64,000 bases of DNA from Lama guanicoe (GCA_013239625.1 MU054391.1:8155095-8219094), one strand, 5' to 3'; positions 51,051 through 63,944 are shown, counted from the first letter of the stretch. Notes: generated by a model from the letters alone, not told the origin. Numbers and translations are program-made.

Positions 51051-53849
51051 GTTATCACCTGTGATCCCTCTTTGGGCTTTAGGATTATTATCTGAACTTA
51101 TCATTTCTGACTTTTCACAGGCTCTATTGATGCATATTTAGTTACAGGTATCGGAAAGAGAGGAACCCCATCTTAGTCTTAGATTTTGGATCTTTCACAG
51201 GACTTCACATAGATTCATTCACAATAGGTCCTACACTGGGAAAAATAAACGACTGTAACAGTGTACGGTTTAATGGCATACACCTGCCAAATTCAATTTC
51301 ATTCAGTTTAGCTGATGAATATGTGTATGACAGTTGCATAAAAATATTTTAAAAACATGATTACAACCCCCAAAACAGAAGAGACAGAAATCAGACGGAA
51401 ATCATGGAACAATTTTATCAATTTAGCACAACCAAACTTAGATTTATACTCTTAGGCGTCCAATATGAAAGGACAGGCTAGTAGCTCCTATCTTTGTATC
51501 ATTTATAAAGAACAGGCACATTTATTCTTGGTAGAGAGACAGAGTTGTTATTTCTTCTTTGATTTTACATTTTGAGGGAAAATCTATCCTATGGAGGAAA
51601 AAAATCAGTGAAGGAGCCACAAATTACTTGACTCTAGTTTTACAAAATACTATGAAATGTTTATAGTATGTTTACATATTAGATTTCAACAAAAGGCCAG
51701 GTGATAGTAGGAGCTTGTCACTTAGTGAATATTTTTCTATGGGCTTTGATTATATCTGTTTCTCATTTTGCTCTTTGCTGATCTAACTTGGTTTAGGTTT
51801 AAAATTTTGATAACAGAAAAAAAAAAGAAAACAGCCATACATTTTCCCATTTCAACATCAAGCATGAATCTGGTAAGATCTGAGTAACGGCTAGTGCAAG
51901 ATCCCCCTCCCCGGCAGGGCTTCTGTGGCTACCCCGTGGTGTCGATGGCGGGAATCCTCCGTCTCTGATGTGACAGCAGGGCTGCTGTTCTGTGAGGAAG
52001 GTTACAGCACCTGCACTGATGGCAGCTGGATGCCACTGAATAGACCCTGAGTATTTTTCCTTCAGCATAATGCAAATCCATGTAAGTACCTAATACATAG
52101 TATGCTCGAAAATAAAAATAAACTAAATTAAACAGAAGGAACCACAAAACAGGTTTTAGAGTCAGAAAACCAGGGTTCTCAAAGGGGTTCTGCACCAACA
52201 AACTTGAACAAGCTCGAACCATCCCAAGGCGCATCTCCTCGATCTCCATAAAAGCCCTTGGGAAAGAATACATTATATAACAGATTTTCACCCCAATCCC
52301 TGGTTCTGTCTGATCCATGAGCAAGTCTAAGAAAAATTAACTCTTTCCTCTTGTCCCCAACTTCCACTTACTTATTTTGAAAAGTCCAAGTATTACTTAC
52401 TGAAAAGCAAAGCCTCTAGGATACCCTGATAATAGTATTATTGCCACTTTTTTGGCAGAGTTCATCCGTCGTTTATATGAATGACAGGAGTTTCCAACGC
52501 TGAGAACTTAAAGAGATGATGCTCAGTTGAATGAAAATAAAGATTTGATTTGCAAGTTGCCATATTTAAGGCAGCCACTTGAGAACTAAATTGCCTACAT
52601 TCCTGTGCCACTTGGCTTCCAGAAAAAAAAAATCTGGGGCCAGAGAGCATTTCACATTGCGGTCATGAGCAATAGAACTGACTTTTTTTGTGCAAAAGCA
52701 GAATATCTCCATAGTCATCCAGTGTAAATAAGAGTGCATTTAATCAGGACTGACCTCAGAGCTGTAACTGAATCGAAACATAGTGATTGAGGGCAACTAA
52801 TATATGTGAGATGGAAGAGAAACACAGCACCAGCTAACCCACTCACGAAACATGCTCTGGCGATGCAACTCAGTGTTTTATTTGTTGACTGGAATATAAA
52901 TGGCTAGACGTGTTAGTCTCTTGGTTACCAAGAAGAGGGACATTGCATTTGGTAGCAGACACAGGAAGCAGTCTTGCTTTCCATTTTCAAGGCATGTGTG
53001 TTTATCCTGTGGTCTGTTTATTCAGATCTTGTTAATGTCCTGGGATCCATTAAGCATTGTTTTGTTTCACCTTCTGTCATCCTCTCCATCTGCTAACAGT
53101 GATGGCTGAGCTGGGCAACGAGACTCTGTCCTCTAAGGATCCTGCAGGGGACCATGGAAGGGTTGCAATATCCATCCACGAACGTGATAAAAACACGTGC
53201 TGTTCTGCAATGACCGCGGAGGTCAGGCTTGTCTAGGAGACTTCTTATACAGGGTTCAGGACCTTGGTTTACCTGGGAACCCTGAAAATGGCAGGAGTCA
53301 CACGACACCTGCAGTATCACGTGATCAGTTTAATGTTAAGAAGAACTTCGTCCTGAGAGCACGTTGCAGTTTGGGTCAGTGTGAACCACAGTCTAGTTTT
53401 CGGTTTCTGTGCTCCTGAGATTCAACGTTCAAGTTTAAAAAGATCCTAGTTTGGTGTTGGGCTAGTATTGAATAACTCGTTGAGGAGGAAGAAAAAAAAA
53501 TGACCCAACAGTTACATTGACTCAAAAATGCCATTATAGATTTTGAACATCTAGAGAGCTCACACATCCTACCAAGAGCAACCTCTTTCCAGAGTAAATG
53601 TTTGGCAATAAAATGTATGAGTCAGAGGGTTGTTGGAAAGCAGGAAATTAGAGAAAGGAAGGTATCAAGTTGAATTCGCCTTTGTATCCCCCAGGGAACA
53701 ATACATTTAAAAAACAAACCAAAAAAAGCCACTGTTTTTGTGGCTTTAGTAAAAGTGCAGGTTGTGATACTTGACCAGAAAACAAACAGACACGCATGTA
53801 TTTGCACATTCTGATTATGGAATAATTACAGAGAGGTTGCGTACTTGTA

Positions 53850-54060
53850 CTGCAGTGGGTAGAGTCTGAGGTTACATGCCAGAAACCTGGGTTTTAATTC
53901 CAGCCTTTTCACTTGCCAGCTGTGTAACTGCAGCATCTTACTTAATCTTTCCGAGTTTCAGTTTCCACAGCACAGACACTAACGTTTCCATCATAAAATT
54001 GTCATGACAAGAGCCCCCTGTATTTAAAGTCCTCTGTGAGCTGTGATCCGTTTTACTATC
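53850..54060 (+). mobile_element. MIR
   Basis: agaaacctgggttttaattccagccttttcacttgccagctgtgtaact...tacttaatctttccgagtttcagtttcc. Confidence 0.7.
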
Positions 54061-55519
54061 TTCATCAGTCCTCTCACTTTATCTGCATTTGACGGAAACA
54101 CATTTTTTAAAATGAGTGCGATTCTAAGGCCTACAGAAACCTTCCTTTGCCTCCATAATAAACAGCTTGCAATTAATGGCACTTCACAATTTTTATGACC
54201 AGTGCTTATAGAAAAATTCAGTTTTCTTACACAACGCCATCTATAGAAAGGCTTCGTACGAAAACCTGGTGCATAAATATTCAGTGAACACTTTTCAGAA
54301 GCTACCTAAAATGTCTTTCTAGATATAAATACACGTGAAAGGAGAAAAGCAACTGCTCCACGGATTGCTGTCTCTGCATTCTCTCACAATAAGCTCCTAT
54401 CCAGGATAATGAGGCTTTATATTCGCACAGCACCTGTTTAAGCAGGCTCAGACTGAAGACGAAATGTACCTTGTGCCAACCACAGTCTTGGGCCTGAAAG
54501 TGCTGAGAACAGTCTGAAAAATGTGCCTTCAGCATCGCTGAAACAGCTTCATGACCCGTCTTTGAGAATATGCTATTTTTAGTGTTCATTGTGTTTACTT
54601 ACAGCAAACACAATACACATCAAAAGTTCAAGTTTGGTTTTTGTTTCCTATTGCTGACTGCAGAGTTTACCAGATGTAGTTTTTTTTGTCTGTTCTTGAA
54701 AGCAAATTGGTACAACTCTTCCTAGAATATGTTTGGTCATTTCACCAATTGTGAAGCTATTTTTTTTTCAATAAATATATTTGAAAGATTTGAAATTGGT
54801 CATTCTTTGAAAGCATCCTGTCCCACATATAATCACAGCAGTCACTGGAGATTAACAACATTTTGTAGAATTTTTTCAGAAAACCCACACCAAAAAATAC
54901 CAGCTACTCAATAGGTTTCCTTCTCTTTTTCCTCAAGCTGGTTGCTTCCCTCAGCTTTACTACAGAAATTTTTATTAAGCAAATGTCACATTTGTGGTTA
55001 ATAAGTACTTTGTTACAATTTATGAGCAGTTGAATTTTTATTGTTCAGGCAGCTGTGTTTCTTCCCTCTGCAGTGGTGGTGATAGCTTGCTGACTGCTTT
55101 ACCTTTTGATCTTTTTAAAAAAAATTTTAATGTATGTACGAATGTCATTCATTTATATTAGTCAACCTTAAAATTAATCCAGACTAGTTATAAGGTCAAA
55201 ATGCTTGTAATGTACACTTGTCTTTAGGACAACGGTAGTCAAAAACTAGACATATATTCATGTGGAAATATAAGGGTTTCAATATTAACCAACCCTAGAT
55301 TTGTACCTCAGGTCTGCTCCTCCTGGCTGGAGAAACTAGAAAAAGTTACATTACTTCTTTGTGCTTTTTTTTCTCACCTGTAAAATAGACCCAAAAATGC
55401 TTATCTTTTAAATTGTAATGAGAATCAGATAAGATAGTTGATCTTAAGACTTTGCAAGGATAATTAGCTCAATATGTAATTTCACTTCCCATCATCTCAT
55501 CCCCAGTAGGTTAAAAAAT

Positions 55520-55544
55520 ACACACACACACACACACACACACA
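55520..55544. repeat. (CA)12 microsatellite
   Basis: Directly visible. Confidence 0.95.
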
Positions 55545-57519
55545 TATCTATAAATACCTAAATATCTCCCACCAGGATTTAACTGAAAAAATGTTTTGTA
55601 TTTTCAGCCAGTTTACAAGCGCCATATAGAAATCCACTCAACAATTTATTTAACAATAAAAATGTGTCTTATACCAAAAAGGGACTACTTGTGCTAAAGC
55701 CAAAGAGTTAATGATCATGTGCTGATCAGGGGACTGTGCTTGGCTTACAGGTTGAATACAAAGGAAACGTCTCCTTAGTAGAGGTGCAGAGGATTGATTA
55801 GAGGTTTTAGCTCATATCCTTTCATAGAGGGTTAGGTTTTCATTCTGATTTTGTGGTAGACCCACGAATCTGTGTTTCTTACAAGTTTCCCAGATGATTT
55901 TTTTTGACACAGATGGCCAATAAACTACATTCTGAAAAAAACTCAAATATGTCACTGATAATTCTCAACTAAACATGAGGTGGCACTAAAACATACAGTG
56001 ACATGCATTTGGAGCGCAAAAGAATCCTTGGATTTAATAAATCAACATCCATGAAGCCATTATTCTGGGAAAGGCAGTCTGCCAAGTGTAATCGAAGACG
56101 ACAAGATATCTAAGAGTCTGTGCCAGCCCAGTTGTAGACACGGAGCACGGAAGAGTGAACAGTAACCTGCTGGGTGATGCGTTTTATTCATTGTTGATTA
56201 TGAAATTGCCACGTAGGTTAATGCCATTTTGCCCCATTTTAATATCACGTGTTAATGCAAATTTCACTTGCTCCAAGAAAAAGTACAGACAATCCCATTC
56301 TAACCAGAAGGAAAGACATTTTCTTACATCTATCAGTGTATTACTAAAAATTCCCTCTTCCTAAGACAAATGATCTCTACTGAATATGGAAACTCAAAAT
56401 TTGAAAGCACCCATTTTGCAGAGTTTAGGTTTATTCATGACTACAACTCTGACAACTTGCTCAAATACCCACCCCCAAAAAAAATTTATGTTTGGGATCT
56501 CTCTTCTTAAATGAAAATTCTTCAGCTTTTCATTTGTCCTGTAATGTCTAGAAGTTCAGCATTTTTGTTACATTATTTTTTCAGATTTCTCAGATGGAGA
56601 CAATTGGATCTGATTTATTGCTAAGACAACCCATTTTATTAACTGATCATTATTCTGCCAGACCCAGGCAGTGGGATGACATAACATGTGGCCTTTCTCT
56701 TGAAGAAGCTGAGTTATTAGGTGTTGAAGTGATGTGACTGAGATTGCATGGATCATTACTGGAAAAACCTGGGCTTGATCCCCAGCCTTTGAACTCTTAA
56801 TTCTGTGCTCTCGACTGCATGGTCAGAAGCATAGGTTATGGAATGGGAGCATGACTTGGTTTCATGAAGACTCAAACCAGGCTAATACCAGCTGAAAATT
56901 TTTCTTATAATTGTACATTCAATAGCAGAATTAATGTAGTGTATTAAGAATTGTAAAATTAGGTTTTAAAGTCATGATTAAATTTCATGAGAGCAAAAAG
57001 AAATGAAGATAACATTATCATAATGACATCTTATTAAATTGAGTTTTTAAATTCTGATTGAAGGAGGTCTACCAGATGAGAACATCAGGGGAGATAATAT
57101 TTCTTCTATCCTAAGGCTCCATGGCTCTGTTTTATGAGACTTGCTTTACTTTAAAAAAACTCATGGATCAAACTATCAAAAATGTCTTTAGGCCTCAACC
57201 TTCTTATAGATTAACAAACTATCAAAAAATACTTGGACATGATGGCATAAGAATGTAACTAATGTCAAATGTCATCTCACTGTTGAAGAAACTTGACTCT
57301 TCAAAAAGAGTAAAGACATTCAGGAATCCATTATTCACTCATTCAGCACTTCAAAGCAGTGTGGATTCTTTTAGATGCTGAATATGAACCATGAGAAACA
57401 CTTCGCCCTCTCTGTCAGTTCAAACTTTCTATCTGAAATGACAAATCAGTAAGTAAAATTATAAGACACACACTTAGTAGCGTCAGTCCCAAGTGTCGTA
57501 ACATTACAGAAGAGAGGAA

Positions 57520-58250
57520 TTCAGTACAGTTTTTAAGAGATTGGACTCCAGAATTGACTGCCAAGGTCAAATTCTGACTCTACCACCTACTAGCTGCATG
57601 ACTCTGTGAACGAAAAACACTGCAAACTGTATCAGTAAACAAAGAATGCTGAAGCCATCAAGTCATCAGCGCTGCTGCCACTCCCCAGGGAAGACAAGCC
57701 TGCAGCCCGACCTCTGCAGCCACTCACAGTGGTGCCCTCTGAGGGGACTCAGAACAAGAAAGGACAGGATACTGGCCCTAGAGAGCTAGGTTCTTGTCAA
57801 AGGAATGAATTCAGTGAGCCCAAATGTTCACTTCCTCCCATACATAGAAAAGCGCTCAATTCTTTAACTTGAGATGCCTGGTTTTCTTTGGTTAACAAGT
57901 AATCTTTTAAAGTTCCTATGTATGTAAATGTAAAGCTCCTATATATTCTGGCCCCTCCGCCACCTCTTTGGAGCAGTCCCTCCTTAGCCATCTGAGAGGC
58001 TGTCATCCTGGGCTCGAAGGGGTTCGAGTCCTCAGAGATGTCCGCCAAATGAAACATGACTCCCAGCTTTTAGGCTGTGCATTTATTTCAGTCAGCAACT
58101 CTCTGTGTCTCTTAATTCTTACCTGTAAAACAGGGATTTTAGGAACACCTGCTTAGTTGGGTTATGGGAGAACTGAATTAAATAATATATCTATATTGGC
58201 TTAAAGAGTACCTGGAACATGGTTATGCCATTTGAACAAGACTAACATTA
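57520..58250 (+). mobile_element. MIR split by an LTR insertion
   Basis: Left part ...aattctgactctaccacctactagctgcatgac; right part ctctctgtgtctc...acctgtaaaacaggga. Confidence 0.7.
57605..58097 (+). mobile_element. ERV1-class solo LTR (493 bp) with 4-bp TSD
   Basis: TG...CA ends, TSD actc (57601-57604, 58098-58101), TATA-like cctatatatt, and 3' end tctgagaggctgtc...gtcctcag...tgtgcatttatttcagtcagca. Confidence 0.8.
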
Positions 58251-58711
58251 CATATAAAAAGCTTTTTAAAAAATTTCAGAAAAGCAAATGTGTAAGCAGT
58301 CTTGAATGATGAATGGGAATTCACTAGGAAGTAAAATGGTCAAAGTGTTTAAAAGGTGCAAAAGCTTAGGGAAAGCAAGAGTGACGTCAGAGAATGGGGA
58401 ACAACTTTGTAGGGGGCACGAATAATAAAGGCAGTGAGCTCTCTGAAGAGGCATAAAGAAAGGTTAAGAAGAAATCTGAAAAGCCTTAGCTTGCCCTTCA
58501 CAAATGTTGCAACTTAGAGGAGCCGTTCTGTCCTTTATTTCAGCAGCAAAATGAGCTTCTTGGAGAGCATTGCCGTCGACGGACTTCCATATCAACCTGG
58601 TACTGGAGAACACAGACTGTACTTGTACAGTCTGTACTGGCAACTGCCTTATCTTTCCAGGGTCTCAAGAAATTCTTCTGGTTGCATTATGGAGGATGGA
58701 CTTGAAGGAGA

Positions 58712-59317
58712 AGTAACAGGATGGCCGCGCTTAGGCTAACTAATTCCTGGCTTTATATTTGCCATTTGCTTTCACAATGGTCAGCAAATCTACCTGACTG
58801 GACCTTGCCCCCAGCCCCAGGCCCACTGTTACAATTAAAGTCAGAGTTATTAATTGTCCTGTTTGTTCCACCTCACTCTGGCAATTGAAATTTTCAATCA
58901 TGTTTGGATCCTGAGTCATTCCCCTAGGAAGGGAGTCACCAGACGACAACCTCAGGAGAGTGACCAGACCCTCTGAAGTCCCTCCTGGCGCCTAACGAGT
59001 CTGACCAGATAAAGAAGGTCGCAGGCTGATGACCCTCAGACCACCGGACGGTCCCACGATGCTGGACAGACTCGCCAAGATTCAGGAGGAAGCTTCCCCA
59101 GTGACTCTTGTTGATTGCTGCCCCCTTTTACTCCCCAATTTGTTCCCTATGTAATCACTAAGCCCCATCCCTAAGACGGGCTCACAGTTTTGAAGGCACA
59201 GGCCTGCCGTGCCTTTGCCCGGCAAAGTCATAAAGCTGCCTCTTTTCTTCTAAGCTCCAAGACCCGGTCTCTGAATTCTTTGGCTCGTCAGGAACGGGGG
59301 TTGAACTTCCAGCAACA
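58712..59317 (+). mobile_element. ERV1-class solo LTR (MER39/LTR39-like) inserted in L2
   Basis: cagttttgaaggcacaggcctgccgtgcctttgcccggcaaagtcataaagctgcctcttttct...ccagcaaca. GC-rich and CpG-retaining. Confidence 0.7.
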
Positions 59318-59640
59318 GTCTGAAGGGCAAAAAACTAAAAGCAGGGAGACAAATTTAAAATTTTCTTGGAATTATGTGGGTGAAAATTCATAGAAGCTCG
59401 ACCTAAGCTGGTGAACTAAGGAATAGAAAAAACAGACACATCTGAGAGATAATTTGAGTGGATAATAAATATGAGTTCTGTTTTTGACCAGGTGTGAACG
59501 GAAGGGAAAGAAAGAATCCAAGATGATTTCTGAGTTTTGGGCTTCAGTCACTAAGGCAACAATGATGCCGTAAATTTAGAGAATCTGAACAGGGATACAA
59601 TACAGCTTCAGAAGGTTGATATGAATTCCTTTGAAAGTGA
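59318..59640 (-). mobile_element. L2 remnant (continues at about 58260-58710 left of the LTR)
   Basis: aaagcagggagaca...gaagggaaagaaagaatccaagatgatttctgagttttgggctt. Confidence 0.7.
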
Positions 59641-60564
59641 AGTTCTTTTTAATTTATAAAGTGTTTTATAATTGGCTTTACAAATACTACTGTCATTATT
59701 ACCTAAACATCACATTCCGATGTCACTGTTACCATCACTACCATTCTCTTGTCTCTGGGTGTTAGAACTGGATCAACCTTTCAATGTCATTTAAAAAGTT
59801 TAAAATATCTTTTCTTAGTCTTGTTTGAAATAACTCTGCCCCATTGTTATTCTTTTTCGGTGATTTGGGTATTTTTCTGTCATCTGGCTAACCTAAGATA
59901 GCTCATCATTATCATATAAAACCACATTAGCATCATATATACTTTCTTTCTAATCCCTTTAAATTTCATCTCTTACGTCCACCCCAATTCTAACTAGCAA
60001 TACACACTTTGCAGTTTTCTAGGATTTTTTTTCTTCTAAATTTGTAGGAAAATACACTTTTTCAGAATATGCAGGTAAAGATTCACACAGCAATATTAGA
60101 AGCCAAAATGGATACATAAATGGAAAAATCTAGTAGTCACCATTTTGCTGGGTGAAACTCACTCCAGAAAAAGAATATAAGCCTCTGTCACCTGCTGTTT
60201 GTAACTAGAACAATTGTGAACTTAAGTAGTTACTGTTGTCATTCCTTAATATGAATAACCAGATTTTATATGAAACCCCCAGTATTTTTCAATTTAAATT
60301 TTTGTAAAAATTCATCAACTCTGAGTGTCAACAATAATCAAGGTTATGTTTTGTGAAAATTATCAATAGACTCATACAGAGTATGTGGCTGCTCTGTCAG
60401 GTCTCCTCCATCCAATATCGTTTCTCAATGCTGCAGGTGTCTTCCTCTCAAGCCTGGAAAATCTACCTAACTCATACATCCTGGTTAAAGGTTTCTGCAT
60501 GCTGGCAGGCTGTCTTCTAAGACTAGCATCTCTGTCAAGTCCTTGCTATTTTCTCAACCAGATA

Positions 60565-60708
60565 TAGTCAGCCCTCCAGATCCATGGGTTCCACATCTGT
60601 GGATACCAAGGACACCTGGAAGGGACCTGAGCATCCGTGGATTTTGGTAACCATGAGGGGGGCAGGGTTGTTCTGGAACCAACTGCCAGCAAATTCAAGG
60701 GATGATTG
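60565..60708. mobile_element. MER2-like Tigger (TcMar) MITE, internally deleted
   Basis: agtcagccctccagatccatgggttccacatctgtggat...gggacctgagcatccgtggattttggta...ctggaaccaa...aagggatgattg, with TA on both sides. Confidence 0.75.
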
Positions 60709-62189
60709 TATGCTGAATAATATGGATGGCTATAATGCATGTGATTTCTTTCAAATATGAAGTAGTTGCAAAATTTAGGGATTCACTCTGGTACAAATTT
60801 GGTTGATAAGATTGCTTTTTTTTTTTCCCTCCTTTAATTGAAAGAATGGAAGCTGTGACTAGAGAAACTGAAGGGAACAGAGAAGTAAAACAGATCATAA
60901 ACATCCTTGGAAGAAATGAGGTGGGGTTTTGTCACCCCAAAACCACTGAACAGCTAGGCAAGCACTAAGACCAAAATTTACTGAATTTGGAATTTTGCCA
61001 AGAGTTCTCAGTATATAATACTTCCTGTGGTCTTTGTTCTGTGGTGGGTTTAAACATACATCATAGCATAATACCAAACTGAAGTGTAATTTTCATTTTG
61101 TAGATCTAAAAGAGTAGAAAAATAGTAATTTTATATGCTGCAACATAGTACCTTATAGAATATTTAGTGGCAAACAGTTGGACACATGGCTTACACTTGT
61201 GATAGGAAATGCCAAAAATCAACTCAAATGATCTTTAAAAAATAATAATTGACCAACAGACTTGAGTTTTCTCAGTTAGAATTATTGTATTTAGGAATTA
61301 CATAAAATTGCATAACTATTTGCAAAATAAATTAAGTATATAATTACATTCTTCTCAGATATTTAAATTTAAAGGAAATTATTTCAAAGATAATTAAATG
61401 AGCTAAAAATCACTTTAAGCTTTTGAGATGAAGAAGTATATTAGTTATGTTCTTCAAATGCCATCTTTGTTTTTAGTTCACTAGACCTATTTAAGGTGTT
61501 GTGATTTTATAGTTTTCAATAAAGATTCAATTAAGCATAAGATCATTAAAATCTGTCCTTGGAAACCTTTCAAAGGGAGAGCTGCTTTCAAACAACTGGC
61601 TGTTTATAAGCACTGAGGTGATGAACAACAAGAATTTGTTCATGTTCTTTTAATTTTACACATAATTGAAAAAAAATTACTTCTAACCTGTCCCATGTCT
61701 TTGAGATAACTTCTTCATGGAAACGTTCCTGTTTTTGCCCCTTTCTCATATGCACTGAAAAGCCCTGAGGTTTTGTATACCAAGCCATGGTGTGGATTGC
61801 AAGATGAGCATACTCATCCTAGGATTCAGGCTCTCCTAATTCTGTCTGGATGGCATAAGGGTGTACAGGGCGATGGCAGGATTAAGGAGGGTGCTGGGAA
61901 AGAAATCTAATATGAAAAGAGAGATTTGACTTAAAAGGTCCCGTCCTGACTACTAAGAATCAGAATGAAGGGATTATTTTGAGCTTTCTCACAATGTTCC
62001 AGATCTGAGTCTTAGGGATATAGACGGAATAAAATCTCAGATAAGTATTTATTAATTATCAGTAACACAATGACAGTCTCCTGTGGGATGAGCGCAGCAA
62101 AGTGTGACATAACATAGGTAAGAGGAATAATGCTCTGTACTCCAGAGAAGGGCGTGTCCCAGCTAGGGGGCACTGAGGGGTTGCAAGGC

Positions 62190-62480
62190 GCACTGTAAGC
62201 CCTGGCACTCTGGGGCTCTGGTGGGGTCAATGGCTTCATCCTTGAACTTACTGTGTTATACTGGGCACCAGATTCAGCCTCTGTGGGGCTTCGTATTTGC
62301 ATTTGTAATATGTATAGGATAATGGCGCTGAATCCAGAAGGTTGTTGTAAATGTTAATGAATGCATGGTAAAACACTTTAAGACATTATGCACGCACATG
62401 AATGCACATGCATGACATTAAGAGCAGCACCTGGCACACAGTAAACACTCAATACATATACAATTATTTATTATTATGTA
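62190..62480 (+). mobile_element. MIR
   Basis: ggataatggcg...aaggttgttgtaaatgttaatgaatgcatggtaaaacactt...cacctggcacacagtaaacactcaata. Confidence 0.65.
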
Positions 62481-62819
62481 CATTGAGCCTTTAGGCTTTC
62501 TGGTTACAAAAGAAATAGGCAACACTTCCTTTGGAAAGAGGGACCAGAGTTACATTATGGCTGTCACAATGCAGTCACAGGACTCAACGGACTACGGGAC
62601 TGAAAATACTTCATTAAACCAAAACTGTAAAATAAAATCAGCAGAAAAATGATATGCATTTTACCCAATAATTGGGATAATTGTCTTCAACCATACACAA
62701 AGCAATCCATAGTTATTTTGTCAAAATAATTTGTGAATTAGAGGTTGGGAACAGCTGATGTTTTGTTCATTTTAAATGGACTGTAGACCCTGCACTAGTG
62801 TTTAAAGTCAGAAGCAAAG

Positions 62820-63090
62820 AAATACAATCTTGTGTAATTATCCAGAAGTAGTTAAAACACAGGATCTTGTATTTGCATCCCAAATACGCTGTTTCCTATT
62901 ATGCAATCATGGGCAACCTAACCAGTATTCCTTATTCTAATTTCTAGGCTTAGTTTCCCCATCAGAAAAGTAAGAATCAGAAGAATCATGAGAATTTAAC
63001 TATTAAGATTGTTGTGAGGTTTATATGAATATATGAACTGGATTCTAAGTAATTATCATAGTTCCATGAATACATTAAGCATTCAATAGT
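62820..63090 (+). mobile_element. MIR
   Basis: atgggcaacctaac...ggcttagtttccccatcagaaaag...gattgttgtgaggttt...aagcattcaata. Confidence 0.6.
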
Positions 63091-63605
63091 CAGTGGTGGC
63101 CTCCTTGTGATGATAAGTAAGATGCAGATAACGGTGATGATGGATGTAAAAGGATGACATCAGGCTGGTACAATCTTGGAAACAGAGCCATTATTCTTAA
63201 GGAAACCCTCTTTAAACTTATACTGGGTAGCTCCAATGTTGCTTCTAAGACACTGAGCTACACATAGAGCAGATACACTAATTTATAGTGTAGAAAGAGC
63301 AACAATATCCAGCCTCTGGGAGCTCACAAAAGGGTAGGACAGGCTAACATATATACCTCTAACATGTAGTTCATGGCAGAATGTGATTAATTCAACGAAA
63401 TTAGAACTGAAGTACCCTGTGAGTCCTAGAAGGAGGAACGATGGATTTCTACGAATAAACTCTCTGAAGTTGAATGACAGTGACTGCACATTTAAGGGGG
63501 AAAAGATTTTTCCCAGTGAAGGTCTTTGGCCAAAGCTGAGGTTTTCAGAGGTTTAAAACTGCATGTTCTCGGCTTCTGTAACCATTGCCTTTTCTTATTG
63601 TATAT

Positions 63606-63783
63606 TGAGCTGCCAGATAAAATGCAGGATGTCCAGTTAAATTTGAATTCCAGATAAGCACCAATAATTTTTAATATAAGCGTGTCCCAAATATTGCATA
63701 GGACACATACTGAAAATAATAAGTAATTCTGAAAATCAAATACAGCTGGGCATCCTGTGTGTTTGTTAAACGTGGCAACACTA
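63606..63783. mobile_element. MER53 palindromic hAT MITE
   Basis: gctgccagataaaatgcaggatgtccagttaaatttgaattccagataa...tgtcccaaatattgcataggaca...tctgaaaatcaaatacagctgggcatcctg...tggcaacacta. Confidence 0.85.
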
Positions 63784-63852
63784 AGCAGGTACATTATGGA
63801 GAGAAAGCACATCCAATCGGAAGTTTAAAGACCATGTTGTTAAAGAAGAAAG

Positions 63853-63944
63853 TACTATTATTTCTTTGGATGTACTCAAATCAATCACTTCCTACCAAAC
63901 TACTATTATTTCTTTGGATGTACTCAAATTGATCACTTCCTACC
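63853..63944. repeat. 48-bp-period tandem duplication (44-bp unit, 2 mismatches)
   Basis: tactattatttctttggatgtactcaaat[ca/tg]atcacttcctacc occurs at 63853-63896 and 63901-63944. Confidence 0.95.

Noticed and set aside
52066..52081. 16-nt micro-exon (ttttccttcag...gtaagt) containing ATGCAAAT
   Set aside because: It is not a multiple of 3 and has no supporting context. Octamer motifs occur many times in this AT-rich window, as expected by chance.
57169..57228. 14-bp direct repeat caaactatcaaaaa as a possible TSD
   Set aside because: The intervening 32 bp has no A tail or repeat similarity, and the repeat itself is A-rich.
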